DNA from: Nocardioidaceae bacterium | GTDB lineage: Bacteria; Actinomycetota; Actinomycetes; Propionibacteriales; Nocardioidaceae | Length of the DNA: 64,000 nucleotides | Assembly: GCA_030447585.1 (NCBI GenBank) | Contig: JAUJOO010000002.1 | Span: 199,895 to 263,894, forward strand | Direction of reading: 5' to 3' | Part shown: piece by piece, positions 18,973 to 27,924 of the stretch | Layout: each line of letters begins with the position of its first letter | Position numbering within the stretch: position 1 is the first letter of the stretch | The notes under the pieces: generated by a model | Told to the model about the DNA's origin: nothing | Databases searched by the model: none | Seen by the model: the letters and a program-made list of their open reading frames with translations, nothing else | Position numbers and translations under genes: made by a program

Positions 18973-19530
18973 ATGCGTCACTGGATCGCCCAGCGCCAGT
19001 ATCCCGTCCTCCCCATGGCCGCCATCGTGTCCGCAATCGGCCTTTTCGCGGCCTCTCCGGCTATCGCTGGCGCGGAGCGGGCGCGGGCGGAGGGGACGCT
19101 CGTCCGCTACGACACTGCAGTCGTGCCGGAGAATGCCAGAGCCCGCGTCCAAGCGGTGTACAACGCTGCGGGCGACTCGATCATCACCTTGCACGTGTGG
19201 GGCATGAAGCCGCACACCGAGTACGGCGCGCATGCGCACGTCAACGCCTGTGGCCCCACCGGCCTCGACGCGGGACCACATTTCCAGAACGTGATCGACC
19301 CCGTTCAGCCGTCGACGAACCCCTCCTACGCCAACCCGACCAACGAGATCTGGCTCGACCTGATCACCGGCGGGAGCGGCAACGGGGTCGCTCAGGCCAA
19401 GGTTCCGTGGCAGTTCTCCCCCGAGCGGCGCGCGCACTCGGTCGTCATCCATGCAGAGCACACCCACACCGGTCAGACCGACTCTGGCACCGCAGGAGCC
19501 CGGCTGGCGTGCTTGACCGTGGGCTTCTGA
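18973..19530 (+). CDS. Cu/Zn-superoxide-dismutase-like (SodC-fold) secreted protein
   Basis: AAGGAG RBS and signal peptide (..AIVSAIGLFAASPAIAGA). His cluster: TLHVWGMKPHTEYGAHAHVNACGP..GPHF..HSVVIHAEHTHTG. Enzymatic activity is not inferable. Confidence 0.55.
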   Translation: MRHWIAQRQYPVLPMAAIVSAIGLFAASPAIAGAERARAEGTLVRYDTAVVPENARARVQAVYNAAGDSIITLHVWGMKPHTEYGAHAHVNACGPTGLDAGPHFQNVIDPVQPSTNPSYANPTNEIWLDLITGGSGNGVAQAKVPWQFSPERRAHSVVIHAEHTHTGQTDSGTAGARLACLTVGF

Positions 19531-19546
19531 GCAGTCCAGCGCGACA

Positions 19547-20092
19547 ATGCCTGACATGGACGATTTCCGGACCGACGGCGAGCTTCTCGCCGCGGTCGCC
19601 GACGGGAGTGCAGCCGCCCTCGAGGTCCTCTACCGTCGTCACGCCTCCTGGCTGGTGGTCCGGTTGGGGCGACGATGTGCCGATCCCACGGTCGTCGACG
19701 AGGTGCTCCAGGACACGTTCGTCTCGGTCTGGAAGGGCGCCGGAAACTACACCGGACAAGGAGATGTCGCCGCCTGGGTATGGGCGATCGCCATCCGCCG
19801 TCTCGTCGACGCGTTCCGCCGGCGGCCACCGGTGTCTTACCCGCTCGACGAGTTCACGTCCGAGCTCAACACGCTGGAGTCTGCCGAGGACCGGGTCCTG
19901 CTCGGTATCGAGCACGGTGACCTCGCCGGCGCCCTGGAGCGGCTCTCCCCGGAGCTCCGCACCGTGGTGCAGGCCACGGTGCTCGATGGGCTGACGACGC
20001 GGGAGGCAGCCCGCCTGCTGGGTCTCCCGGCGGGAACGGTCAAGACACGCATGATGCGCGCGCGGCGCGCCCTGCGGAAGGAGTTGGCATGA
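19547..20092 (+). CDS. ECF RNA polymerase sigma factor
   Basis: Region 2: VVDEVLQDTFVSVWKGAGNY..AWVWAIAIRRLVDAFR. Region 4: LSPELRTVVQATVLDGLTTREAARLLGLPAGTVKTRMMRARRALR. Confidence 0.85.
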   Translation: MPDMDDFRTDGELLAAVADGSAAALEVLYRRHASWLVVRLGRRCADPTVVDEVLQDTFVSVWKGAGNYTGQGDVAAWVWAIAIRRLVDAFRRRPPVSYPLDEFTSELNTLESAEDRVLLGIEHGDLAGALERLSPELRTVVQATVLDGLTTREAARLLGLPAGTVKTRMMRARRALRKELA

Positions 20093-20919
20093 CCAACACT
20101 GAGTGGCATCTCGATACCGAGCTGGCGGGTCGGTACACCCACGGCAGGGTGACCAGCGTGCTTGCGACCTCGATCGAGCAGCATCTGCTTCGCTGTGAGG
20201 TATGTCGTCGACTGCTGCAGGCAGCGGTTCAAACAGATCGCCTCGACCGGGTCTGGGCGGAGATCATCGAGCGGGTGGAGACGCCCAAGCGGAGCTTGCT
20301 CGAGCGGTTGCTGCGCCACGTGGGCGTCGACGAGGCCACCGCCCGGCTGGTGGCGGTGACGCCCTCACTAAAGGGGTCATGGCTGACCGGGACCACCGTC
20401 GTACTCGTGCTGGCCCTCCTCGCTGCCCAGACGAACCCACAAGGCGTGTCCGTGTTTCTCCTGATGGCACCCGTACTCCCCGTTGCCGGGGTAGCTCTCG
20501 CCTTCGGACCTGCTGCGGACCCCGCCCACGAGATCGTGGCGAGCACCCCGCATTCGGCCGTGCACCTGCTGGCGGTCCGCACGGCCGTTGTGGTCAGCAG
20601 CTGTCTCCTGCCAGCCGCCGTCGCATCTGCGTTCCTCCCCGGGGATTTTTGGGTCGCGATGGCCTGGCTCGGGCCGGCTCTGGCCCTGACCGTCGGCACC
20701 CTTGCGCTGTCCACCCGTGTCGCCCCGCATGTTGCCGCCATCGCGATGACAGTCCTGTGGATGACGGTGGTAGTGCGGGGATTGGTCCGCAATCACGACC
20801 CGTTGTTCGCCGCCACCCTGTCGGTGCAGCTGGCCGCCATCGCTGTCTTGGCCATCTCTGCCGCCGTTCTGCTCATCCAACGCCGTGACCTCGGCGAGCT
20901 CCTCAGGAGGGTCTCATGA
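20089..20919 (+). CDS. membrane anti-sigma factor (zf-HC2 type N-terminus, polytopic C-terminus)
   Basis: ATGA overlap with the sigma gene. HLLRCEVCRRLL zinc-finger-like motif, followed by about six hydrophobic segments. Confidence 0.7.
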   Translation: MTNTEWHLDTELAGRYTHGRVTSVLATSIEQHLLRCEVCRRLLQAAVQTDRLDRVWAEIIERVETPKRSLLERLLRHVGVDEATARLVAVTPSLKGSWLTGTTVVLVLALLAAQTNPQGVSVFLLMAPVLPVAGVALAFGPAADPAHEIVASTPHSAVHLLAVRTAVVVSSCLLPAAVASAFLPGDFWVAMAWLGPALALTVGTLALSTRVAPHVAAIAMTVLWMTVVVRGLVRNHDPLFAATLSVQLAAIAVLAISAAVLLIQRRDLGELLRRVS

Positions 20920-21806
20920 CTTCCCACACCACAGTCCGCGCCGAAGGGATCGTTAAGGCCTACGGCCGTCAGCGGGCCCTGGACGGATTCGACCTGGCCG
21001 CCACCACGGGCGTGACGGGGCTGCTGGGTCCCAACGGCGCCGGCAAGACCACCTTGCTTCGCATTCTCGCCACGGTGTTGGCTGCCGACGAGGGTTCCCT
21101 GCGCATCCTCGAGCAGGACCCGCTGGAACCCGAGGGTCGACGCCACATCCGCCGCCGGCTCGGGTACCTGCCGCAGGACGCCGGCTTCCATCGCGGCTTC
21201 ACGGCCTTCGAGGCGGTCGACTACGTGGCGGTGCTCAAGGAGCACACCAAGGCCCGTGCTCGCCACGACGAGGTGCGCCGGGTACTGGACCTCGTCGGCC
21301 TGTCCGGTGTGGCCGGCAAGAAGGTGCGGGCGCTGTCCGGCGGTATGCGGCAGCGTCTCGGCCTGGCCCAGGCTCTGCTCGGTCGGCCCCAACTGCTCGT
21401 CCTCGACGAGCCGACAGTCGGGCTCGACCCGGAACAGCGGATGCGGTTCCGCGACCTGGTGTCCGAGGCGGGACATGGGCGGACCGTCATACTGTCCACG
21501 CACCAGACTGAGGACGTGGCTGCGGTGTGCTCGCAGGTGGTGGTCGTCAACCGCGGCCGTGCCTTGTTCACCGGCGGTGTGGACGAGCTCGTCAAGCTGG
21601 CCGAGGGTCGGGTATGGGTCGACAGCGACCGAGACCCGCGTGCGCTGGCCGGCTGGCGGCTCGGAGCCCATCGCTACCACCACATCGGTGACCCACCCGC
21701 AGGAGCTGAGCTGGTCGAGCCCGGCGTCGAGGACGCCTACCTGCTGCTGGTGGGTCCGCAGGCCGCCACCTCGGACGGCGCCGACCAGGAGCGTGACGCG
21801 GCATGA
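20916..21806 (+). CDS. ABC transporter ATP-binding protein (ABC-2 exporter type)
   Basis: Walker A GPNGAGKTT, signature LSGGMRQRLGLA, Walker B LLVLDEPTVGLD. ATGA overlap upstream. Confidence 0.9.
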   Translation: MTSHTTVRAEGIVKAYGRQRALDGFDLAATTGVTGLLGPNGAGKTTLLRILATVLAADEGSLRILEQDPLEPEGRRHIRRRLGYLPQDAGFHRGFTAFEAVDYVAVLKEHTKARARHDEVRRVLDLVGLSGVAGKKVRALSGGMRQRLGLAQALLGRPQLLVLDEPTVGLDPEQRMRFRDLVSEAGHGRTVILSTHQTEDVAAVCSQVVVVNRGRALFTGGVDELVKLAEGRVWVDSDRDPRALAGWRLGAHRYHHIGDPPAGAELVEPGVEDAYLLLVGPQAATSDGADQERDAA

Positions 21807-22624
21807 GCATCGCGATCACCCGCAGTCCGATGGCCACTGCCGCTCCAGTGGCATCGGTAGTCCCGGTGCTGGCGCGGCAGGAGGCTCGACGTCTGGTCCG
21901 CCACCCGTTCATGCTCTTCGGCTTCGCGCTCTTCATCGCCACCACGGGAGGGAGCCTCATCGCGGACACCTCGGCGACCACGGCATTTTCCTTGGTCGAT
22001 TCCTTCCCGAGTTTCTATCCCGGCGTGTTCACAATCCTGGCCGGAGGTCTGGTGGCGAGCCGCGACCACCGGGCTGGGTCCGACGAGCTGGTGGCGCCAC
22101 TGCCGGGACGGGCGTTCGAGCGAGTTCTCGCCCTATGTGTGGCCTCCGTCGCTCCGGCACTGTTGACCCTTGGGCTGATCCTGCTTCTGCACGCCGCCTA
22201 TGTACTGCAGGGCGTCTACGTCGAGACGCCGAACGTCTGGCATCTCACGCAGGGACCTGTCACGGTGCTGGGCGGTTGCCTGTTCGGGATCATGGTCGGT
22301 ACTTGGGCACCGACCCGCAGCGCCGTCCTGTTCGCACTGGTGCTCATGGTGGCCGCCAACCTCTGGGTGAACGGCGACGAAGGCCCGCAAAACCTGTTCG
22401 GCCTGTCGATCGGCTGGGGAGAGTGGGGCTCGCCCGACGGCCGGGTATGGGGCGGCCTCGCGCCCGGGTCGCCGATGGGACACGTCTTCTACCTGCTCGG
22501 ACTCTGCGGGATGGCCGCGAGTGCCGCCCTCCTGCGGGTCGCGGACCGTCGTACGCCGGTGATCGTGGCCGGGTTCCTATCCGTCGTAGTTGCCGTGACC
22601 GGCGGAATCGGGCAATTGCCGTGA
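21803..22624 (+). CDS. polytopic membrane protein (putative ABC-2 permease component)
   Basis: ATGA overlap with the ATPase. 273 aa with about six hydrophobic segments. Confidence 0.6.
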   Translation: MSIAITRSPMATAAPVASVVPVLARQEARRLVRHPFMLFGFALFIATTGGSLIADTSATTAFSLVDSFPSFYPGVFTILAGGLVASRDHRAGSDELVAPLPGRAFERVLALCVASVAPALLTLGLILLLHAAYVLQGVYVETPNVWHLTQGPVTVLGGCLFGIMVGTWAPTRSAVLFALVLMVAANLWVNGDEGPQNLFGLSIGWGEWGSPDGRVWGGLAPGSPMGHVFYLLGLCGMAASAALLRVADRRTPVIVAGFLSVVVAVTGGIGQLP

Positions 22625-23355
22625 ACGCTTCGATGCTCCTCGCGTCCTGGACCGTCGTACGACGAGCGGGACTGCTGGCGCCGGTGGCTGTGGTGGTTGT
22701 GCTCCTAGCGGGGACCGCGCACCTACTCGACGACGGATACGGCATGCAGGTGCTGCGTGGAGTCGGGGTGCTCCTTGCGTGCGCATGGGTGACCACCATG
22801 GACGACCCGATGGGTGAGGTCGCCGCCGGATCGCCGTACCCGAGGAGTGTGCGGACGGTGACCCGCGCGGGGGTGGGGATGGCGATCGTGTTCTCGGTGT
22901 GGGTCGTCTGCGCGGTGCTGGTGGAGGCGCGCGCGGAGACCGTTCCTGTGCTACGGCTCGGTCTCGCAGCCTTGGCGCTCGGCTTCGCCGGGCTCGCCAT
23001 GGCGGCGGTCGTCCGGTTCTGGGCCGGACACCACCAGCCCTCGTACGTGGCCGTCGCCAGCCTCGTCGTATTCGTCGTCGCGCTCGACGCGCTGCCGCGT
23101 GGATGGGAGATGCTGCCGCCACAGAGCTGGGGACCGCCGTGGGAGGCCGCACAGATCCGCTGGAGCGCCCTGCTGCTGTTCGGTGTCGGAGTGCTCGCGC
23201 TGGCGCTCAGAGATCCGCTTGCCGGGCTGAAAACTGGACCGGCTCACGCTCCGGCTCTTGTGCCGGGGATCGTGGATAACGACCTCGGAGCAGGTGGGAA
23301 GGGAACATTTCGAACCCGGCCAGTGCCGGCTGGTAGTCGAAAGTCACGTCTCTGA
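22621..23355 (+). CDS. polytopic membrane protein (second permease-like component)
   Basis: The GTG at 22621 overlaps the previous stop (GTGA). The protein is hydrophobic to about 23230. The tail after that is non-membrane and may be read-through. Confidence 0.5.
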   Translation: MNASMLLASWTVVRRAGLLAPVAVVVVLLAGTAHLLDDGYGMQVLRGVGVLLACAWVTTMDDPMGEVAAGSPYPRSVRTVTRAGVGMAIVFSVWVVCAVLVEARAETVPVLRLGLAALALGFAGLAMAAVVRFWAGHHQPSYVAVASLVVFVVALDALPRGWEMLPPQSWGPPWEAAQIRWSALLLFGVGVLALALRDPLAGLKTGPAHAPALVPGIVDNDLGAGGKGTFRTRPVPAGSRKSRL

Positions 23356-23640
23356 CCCGATACGCGCCTGTCGGTCGTAATCCGGTCGTCACGCGTTGCC
23401 GCTTGTCTGGCGGGTTGGCGCTGGTCGGCCTGGCGCAGCATGCGCTCGCCAAGACTGCGCAAGACGGCACCACGGACCGGCAGATAACAGCGACACCAGA
23501 ACGATTCGGCGGTGTCGCGCCGCAGGCACGTGCGGGTGTGGCGTTGATGACTTATGCTTGGCTCAATTGTCTCCGGTCAGTGTGCGTTGACCCCAGGCCC
23601 GGAGACCCTCCGACAAGAACGGCATCAGGTGAACAGCATC

Positions 23641-25068
23641 ATGACCCAACCTTCGTCCATCCCCCGCGCGGACAAGGCCCGCCGCACCCATCTCACCCTC
23701 CTGGGTGTGGTCGCGCTCTCTTTCGGTCTGGTCGCTTCGGGACCGGCGGTGGCTGTTCACAACGACGACTTACACTCCGCAAACGTCCGCAAACTCGACC
23801 GTGAGCCGTTCCACGCGGGTAAGGACAGCCACGCCAAAGGCAGTGACCTTGCCTTTCAGGGTCGGCTGGTGGTCGCCGGGGCCTACGAGGGTGTTGGCTT
23901 CTTTAGGCGGGTGGACGGCGGAAATGGCCTGGAGCAAGTCTCGTTCTATGACTGCCCCGGTTCCCAGGGTGATGTCTCGATCATCGGTGACTACGTCTAC
24001 GTGTCGATCGACTCCCCCGGGTCCAACAACAAGAAGACCGCTGTCTGCAACAACACCGGAACCAACTTGAGCGACAGCTCGCTGGGCAAGGAGGGCATCC
24101 GGATCGTCGACATCTCCAACATTCGAAACCCCCGTCAGGTGGCGTTCGTGGAGACTGAGTGCGGTTCACACACCCACACCCTCATCCCCAAGGGCGACAC
24201 GACATTTATGTACGTCGACTCCTACCCGATCGTGCAGACGGCGAGTTGCAACGACGTCAACCACCCGGAGGGGGAGTTCTCCGTCCTGCGGTTCCCGACC
24301 GCCGACCCCACGCGGGCGCGGATCGTCAGCACTCCCGACGTCATCCCGCCGACCGCGACCGATGCCGTCGGATGCCACGACACTGGGGTGCTGATCCGCT
24401 CGAACAAGCGCGACTTGGCGGTGGCCGCCTGCCTGGGGGCCTTCGCGATCCTCGACATCGAGCGCCCGGCCTACCCGAAGGTGCTCTCGGTCGTACAGAA
24501 CCCGTTCATGGAGCTTGACCACTCGGGCGGGCTGACCTGGGACGGGCAGGTCGCCATCGTCAGTGACGAGCACGCCGGAGCCGCCGGGGGTGGTGGCTGT
24601 TCACCGGACTCCGACAGCCAGGTCGGCGCCATGTGGTACTACGACATTTCCCGGCCGAGTCACCCCGAGCTGAAGGGTCACTTCTCGCTGCCTCGGGTGC
24701 CCCCGGCCGACAGCCTGGAGGAGCTTGAGCGCTTCCGGTGCACCACCCACAACTGGAACGTCCTGCCCACCAGGGACCGGTCCCGTTACGTGGCGGTGTC
24801 GGCCTACTACTCGGGCGGCCTGGCGGCAGTGGACTTCAGTGATCCGACCAACCCCAAGGAGTACGCCCACTACCTTCCCCAGGTGGGGGGCGAGAACCCC
24901 GACATGTGGTCGGCGTACTGGTACAACGGCCGGGTCCACAGCAACGAGCACGCATCGCAGCTGGGTCTCAGCCTGTTCCAGATCGATGGATTGGGAAGCG
25001 GGAATGTCCGTTTCTTCGAGGACCGGATGAACCCGCAGACGCAGGTGGTCGCCGGGCTGGCGCGTTAG
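23641..25068 (+). CDS. secreted LVIVD-repeat beta-propeller protein (paralogue 2)
   Basis: N-terminus RRTHLTLLGVVALSFGLVASGPAVA. Repeats: GIRIVDISNIRNPRQVA, FAILDIERPAYPKVL, GLAAVDFSDPTNPKE. The ATG at 23641 is preferred over the upstream alternative start at 23554. Confidence 0.75.
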   Translation: MTQPSSIPRADKARRTHLTLLGVVALSFGLVASGPAVAVHNDDLHSANVRKLDREPFHAGKDSHAKGSDLAFQGRLVVAGAYEGVGFFRRVDGGNGLEQVSFYDCPGSQGDVSIIGDYVYVSIDSPGSNNKKTAVCNNTGTNLSDSSLGKEGIRIVDISNIRNPRQVAFVETECGSHTHTLIPKGDTTFMYVDSYPIVQTASCNDVNHPEGEFSVLRFPTADPTRARIVSTPDVIPPTATDAVGCHDTGVLIRSNKRDLAVAACLGAFAILDIERPAYPKVLSVVQNPFMELDHSGGLTWDGQVAIVSDEHAGAAGGGGCSPDSDSQVGAMWYYDISRPSHPELKGHFSLPRVPPADSLEELERFRCTTHNWNVLPTRDRSRYVAVSAYYSGGLAAVDFSDPTNPKEYAHYLPQVGGENPDMWSAYWYNGRVHSNEHASQLGLSLFQIDGLGSGNVRFFEDRMNPQTQVVAGLAR

Positions 25069-25212
25069 CCGACTTGGCAGGTGTTGGCTCCGTCGGCGGG
25101 TTCCTGATGGCCGACGGGACCCTGCAAGGCGCTTACCGGCATCGATGACCGCTCCGGGTTCTGCGTGTCAGCCAGGCCGATGGCCGAGCGGGCCCGCCCG
25201 GTCTGCGACCGC

Positions 25213-25488
25213 CTAGCTGCGTCGATGCGCACCCGCGGCTTTTCTTCGGCGTCGCAGCGAGCGGCCGCCCAGCAGTCCTAGGACGGCAATGGCCAGCAGG
25301 AGAAGGTTCACCGGCACTACGTAGGAAAGGAGATCGTTCCCAGCCCGGCCGGTGAGCAGGCTCAGGCCGAAGTGGGCGACCGGCAGGGACAGCGCGAGGA
25401 ACCAGGCGATCGATCCGGACAGGAAGCGTCCTGCCACAACACCCACGAGCAGGAAGACCACGAAGGGCGCGACATCGACGACAGCCAC
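25213..25488 (-). CDS. small hypothetical membrane protein
   Basis: 91 aa, three hydrophobic helices, basic C-terminus (RRRRKAAGAHRRS). Confidence 0.45.
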   Translation of the reverse strand: MAVVDVAPFVVFLLVGVVAGRFLSGSIAWFLALSLPVAHFGLSLLTGRAGNDLLSYVVPVNLLLLAIAVLGLLGGRSLRRRRKAAGAHRRS

Positions 25489-25600
25489 GGTGGCTGACCC
25501 CCGCCCAGTCCAGGCTTCGGCGGCGGCCGAAACGCCTGGTCAGTCTACCGTGAGGGAACCGTGGTCGCCGCCTGGAAACTCGGTGACGCCACCCACCATA

Positions 25601-26179
25601 ATGACCCACGGTGGGCCACGTGACGACGAAGAACCGTTACGCAAAGGCGTCCGTGGTGGGAGGCACCGCGGCGATCTGGTGGCACCCAAGGCCCTGACGG
25701 TCGCCGGCCGGTCGGAGCGAGCGGGGCTCATGGCTGCCGCCGTCGGAGTTGGCCTGCTCCTCGCCGGTAACGTCGTGGAGTTCTACGGCGTACTCCTGCA
25801 GGAGAAACCGAACGCCTACGCCGCCGCCGGTGAGAACGACCACTGGGTGGGCTCGGATATCGGCTGGATCATTTTCGGGATCGGCATGCTCACGCTCCTC
25901 GTCGGCGGGCTGACCGCCGCCGTAGGCATGCAGAGGCACCGTGTGCGGCCGACCTGGGTGATCGCCTTCATCGCTACTCTGGGCGTCGGCGTCCTGGCCG
26001 CTAACCTGCTCGCGCTCCAATCGGTGCTCCTGAGCGTCCCTGTGCTGGCTCTCTACGCCGTCGGATGGATCGCCTTCGGTCTCCTCACCCGCCAGGCGGC
26101 GTCTCACGACCGGCCCAGCGTGCCGCGGCTGGAACGGCTGCAGAAACCCCATCGCCGCGTTCCGCGTTCCTACCAGTGA
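25601..26179 (+). CDS. hypothetical membrane protein (4 TM)
   Basis: ..LMAAAVGVGLLLAGNVVEFYG.., GWIIFGIGMLTLLVGGLTAAVG, TWVIAFIATLGVGVLAANLLAL, VPVLALYAVGWIAFGLL. The start is uncertain (25601 or 25730). Confidence 0.5.
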   Translation: MTHGGPRDDEEPLRKGVRGGRHRGDLVAPKALTVAGRSERAGLMAAAVGVGLLLAGNVVEFYGVLLQEKPNAYAAAGENDHWVGSDIGWIIFGIGMLTLLVGGLTAAVGMQRHRVRPTWVIAFIATLGVGVLAANLLALQSVLLSVPVLALYAVGWIAFGLLTRQAASHDRPSVPRLERLQKPHRRVPRSYQ

Positions 26180-26239
26180 CTGTTTTGCGCTCCCTAGAAA
26201 ACGGCACTAGACCCGTGCGCACGACAACCGGGTGCTTCG

Positions 26240-26470
26240 TTAGCTCCTGTATCGGCCACGAGAGAGTTGGACCCCGAGCACCATCCAGGCCGCGCCGAGT
26301 GCCACCAGAGGCAGTTCCAGTGCTCGCCCGCCCATGAGTTCTGCGGCAAGGCCGCCGGCCAGCACTGCGGGAAGGGTGACCAGGCCCAGCACCAGCGGTA
26401 CATGTGCATCAGGCGCCGACCCCGTCAGCGGCAACAAGGCGCCAGCACACGCGGAAACGCGCCCGATCAA
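26240..26470 (-). CDS. small hypothetical membrane protein
   Basis: 76 aa, two or three hydrophobic helices. No family recognised. Confidence 0.35.
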   Translation of the reverse strand: MIGRVSACAGALLPLTGSAPDAHVPLVLGLVTLPAVLAGGLAAELMGGRALELPLVALGAAWMVLGVQLSRGRYRS

Positions 26471-26519
26471 GCTGAGGAGCCCGTCAGGCGCGAATTTCGT
26501 GAGTATGCACGGCCCAAAA

Positions 26520-26581
26520 CCGTGAACACCCTGAGTGAGTGAGTCGAGTGAGTGAGTGTGAGTTGAGTGGGGTGTTCACGG
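26520..26581 (-). terminator. 12-bp perfect inverted repeat enclosing a (TGAG)n-rich 38-nt loop
   Basis: ccgtgaacaccc (26520-26531) pairs with gggtgttcacgg (26570-26581). The loop is tgagtgagtgagtcgagtgagtgagtgtgagttgagtg. It lies 17 nt downstream of the minus-strand ORF ending at 26598. Confidence 0.45.
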
Positions 26582-26597
26582 TAATCGACGTGCCAGG

Positions 26598-27137
26598 TCA
26601 AGACGGCAAAGTCGCCAGGCAACCAATCCGGTGCACACCGAATTGCAGATCCTTGCACACCTCGTAGTCCGGCGGTTGACCGGATGTGACCTCATTTGAC
26701 CAGGAGGACGGACCGTGATCGCCCTCCCACCCAAGGGCTACAACAGCCCGGTCAAGCTCTGCAAGCGAGACACCGTCGGGCCCAACCGCGATAGCGCCAC
26801 TCTCGACCGCCCGGGTCACGCGATCGCCCAGGCCCAGCAGAAGATCGACCTCACCTGGAGATAAAAAGGTGTTGGCTCCACCAGCCAAGGCAGCATCGGA
26901 CATGACCCACTCATCCCCAACCATGCGCCAAACCCGCCGACGAAGGGCCATCCCGTGAAGGTCGCCCAGGGCCAGCAATATGCAGGCAGCCTCCAGTCTG
27001 TTAGCGGGTGCATCAAGTCTGACCGCGGTTGCGGCAAGGGCAGCCCGCAACCGCAGCTGTCTCACCCTCGGTCGCGGAGGCTCCTTCACCTTGCCCTGGG
27101 TCGCGGTCGCCTGCAGCTGCATAATGCGCGCCTGCAC
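26598..27137 (-). CDS. hypothetical protein (may be the C-terminal part of one gene with 27086..27415)
   Basis: 179 aa with native-looking composition (..ACILLALGDLHGMALRRRVWRMVGDEWVMSDAALAGG..). The GTG start overlaps the upstream ORF by 52 nt, and that ORF's last ~20 codons are Arg/Cys/Pro nonsense. This suggests a 1-nt frame change near 27150. Confidence 0.45.
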   Translation of the reverse strand: MQARIMQLQATATQGKVKEPPRPRVRQLRLRAALAATAVRLDAPANRLEAACILLALGDLHGMALRRRVWRMVGDEWVMSDAALAGGANTFLSPGEVDLLLGLGDRVTRAVESGAIAVGPDGVSLAELDRAVVALGWEGDHGPSSWSNEVTSGQPPDYEVCKDLQFGVHRIGCLATLPS

Positions 27138-27415
27138 CGACTTCGCAAGGCCACGTCGGGTGGATACCCGAGTGCTGCCGGCCAGGAATCATCACCTTTG
27201 CGCAGACGCGCCAACGTGACTAACCACACCGTGTCCTGCGCCACCCTATCTCGCAAGGCACTGGCCACCTCCTGGTAGAGGAACCGGTACTGGTCCATCG
27301 TCGCCGTCCCACGATTAACAGCCTCTTCTGCCTTCTGGATCTGGTCCGACCACTGACGGTTTCGACGTAGCCGAGCCCGCGACAGAGCTTGGATCCGAGA
27401 CTCAACCGACATCAT
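27086..27415 (-). CDS. hypothetical protein
   Basis: MMSVESRIQALSRARLRRNRQWSDQIQKAEEAVNRGTATMDQYRFLYQEVASALRDRVAQDTVWLVTLARLRKGDD.. ATGA overlap with the upstream ORF. Confidence 0.45.
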   Translation of the reverse strand: MMSVESRIQALSRARLRRNRQWSDQIQKAEEAVNRGTATMDQYRFLYQEVASALRDRVAQDTVWLVTLARLRKGDDSWPAALGYPPDVALRSRCRRALCSCRRPRPRAR

Positions 27416-27924
27416 TCACCGCACCATCCCCCGGCTTCGGCGGCAACATCCTCAGCGGCACCCTCCCCGGCGGCGCCATTCCCCGGCTCGACTGCACTAT
27501 CCCCGGCGGCAACATCCTCAGCGGCACCCTCCCACGGCTCGAGCCCATCCTCGGCGTCGTCGATGTCCTCGTCGTCGAACTCCTCTTCGAGCGCAGCGAG
27601 TCTCTGCTCAACGTCAAAGGCGAGATCGAGACGACCCGAAGTAGTGAGGATCAAGGGGATCGCCCGCAAGGCGATGCTGGGGTCTGCGTCGTTCACGAGC
27701 TCCCCGAGCCGCTTGACGCAGGCCGTACGCAACTGGCTGAACTGTGCCAGCGTCTCCTGCCGCTGCCGTGACCGCTCCTGCTTGACCTCGGCGATCACCT
27801 CCGGGTCTTTGAGGCGCCGCTGTACGGAGCTGACACTCAGGTCAGCCAACGCTGCCACCTCGTGAAGGGGTCGCCCCGCCACCACCGCGGCCACTAACAC
27901 CCCACGGTTCCCTGCTTCTGTCAT
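27412..27924 (-). CDS. HTH-domain protein with acidic repeat-containing C-terminus
   Basis: GGAGA RBS before the ATG at 27924. HTH-like segment: VVAGRPLHEVAALADLSVSSVQRRLKD. The C-terminus is EEEFDDEDIDDAEDG plus two copies of GAAEDVAA, encoded by a 30-nt direct repeat (27438-27467 and 27504-27533). Confidence 0.5.
   Translation of the reverse strand: MTEAGNRGVLVAAVVAGRPLHEVAALADLSVSSVQRRLKDPEVIAEVKQERSRQRQETLAQFSQLRTACVKRLGELVNDADPSIALRAIPLILTTSGRLDLAFDVEQRLAALEEEFDDEDIDDAEDGLEPWEGAAEDVAAGDSAVEPGNGAAGEGAAEDVAAEAGGWCGE

Noticed and set aside
23207-23473. Reverse-strand 88-aa ORF with a protein-like stretch (..YRVRDVTFDYQPALAGFEMFPSHLLRGRYPR..)
   Set aside because: It overlaps the 3' end of the membrane-protein ORF 22621..23355 and has no recognisable family, RBS or partner. 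It could be a fragment of a convergent gene if the plus-strand ORF really ends near 23230. There is too little evidence to call it.
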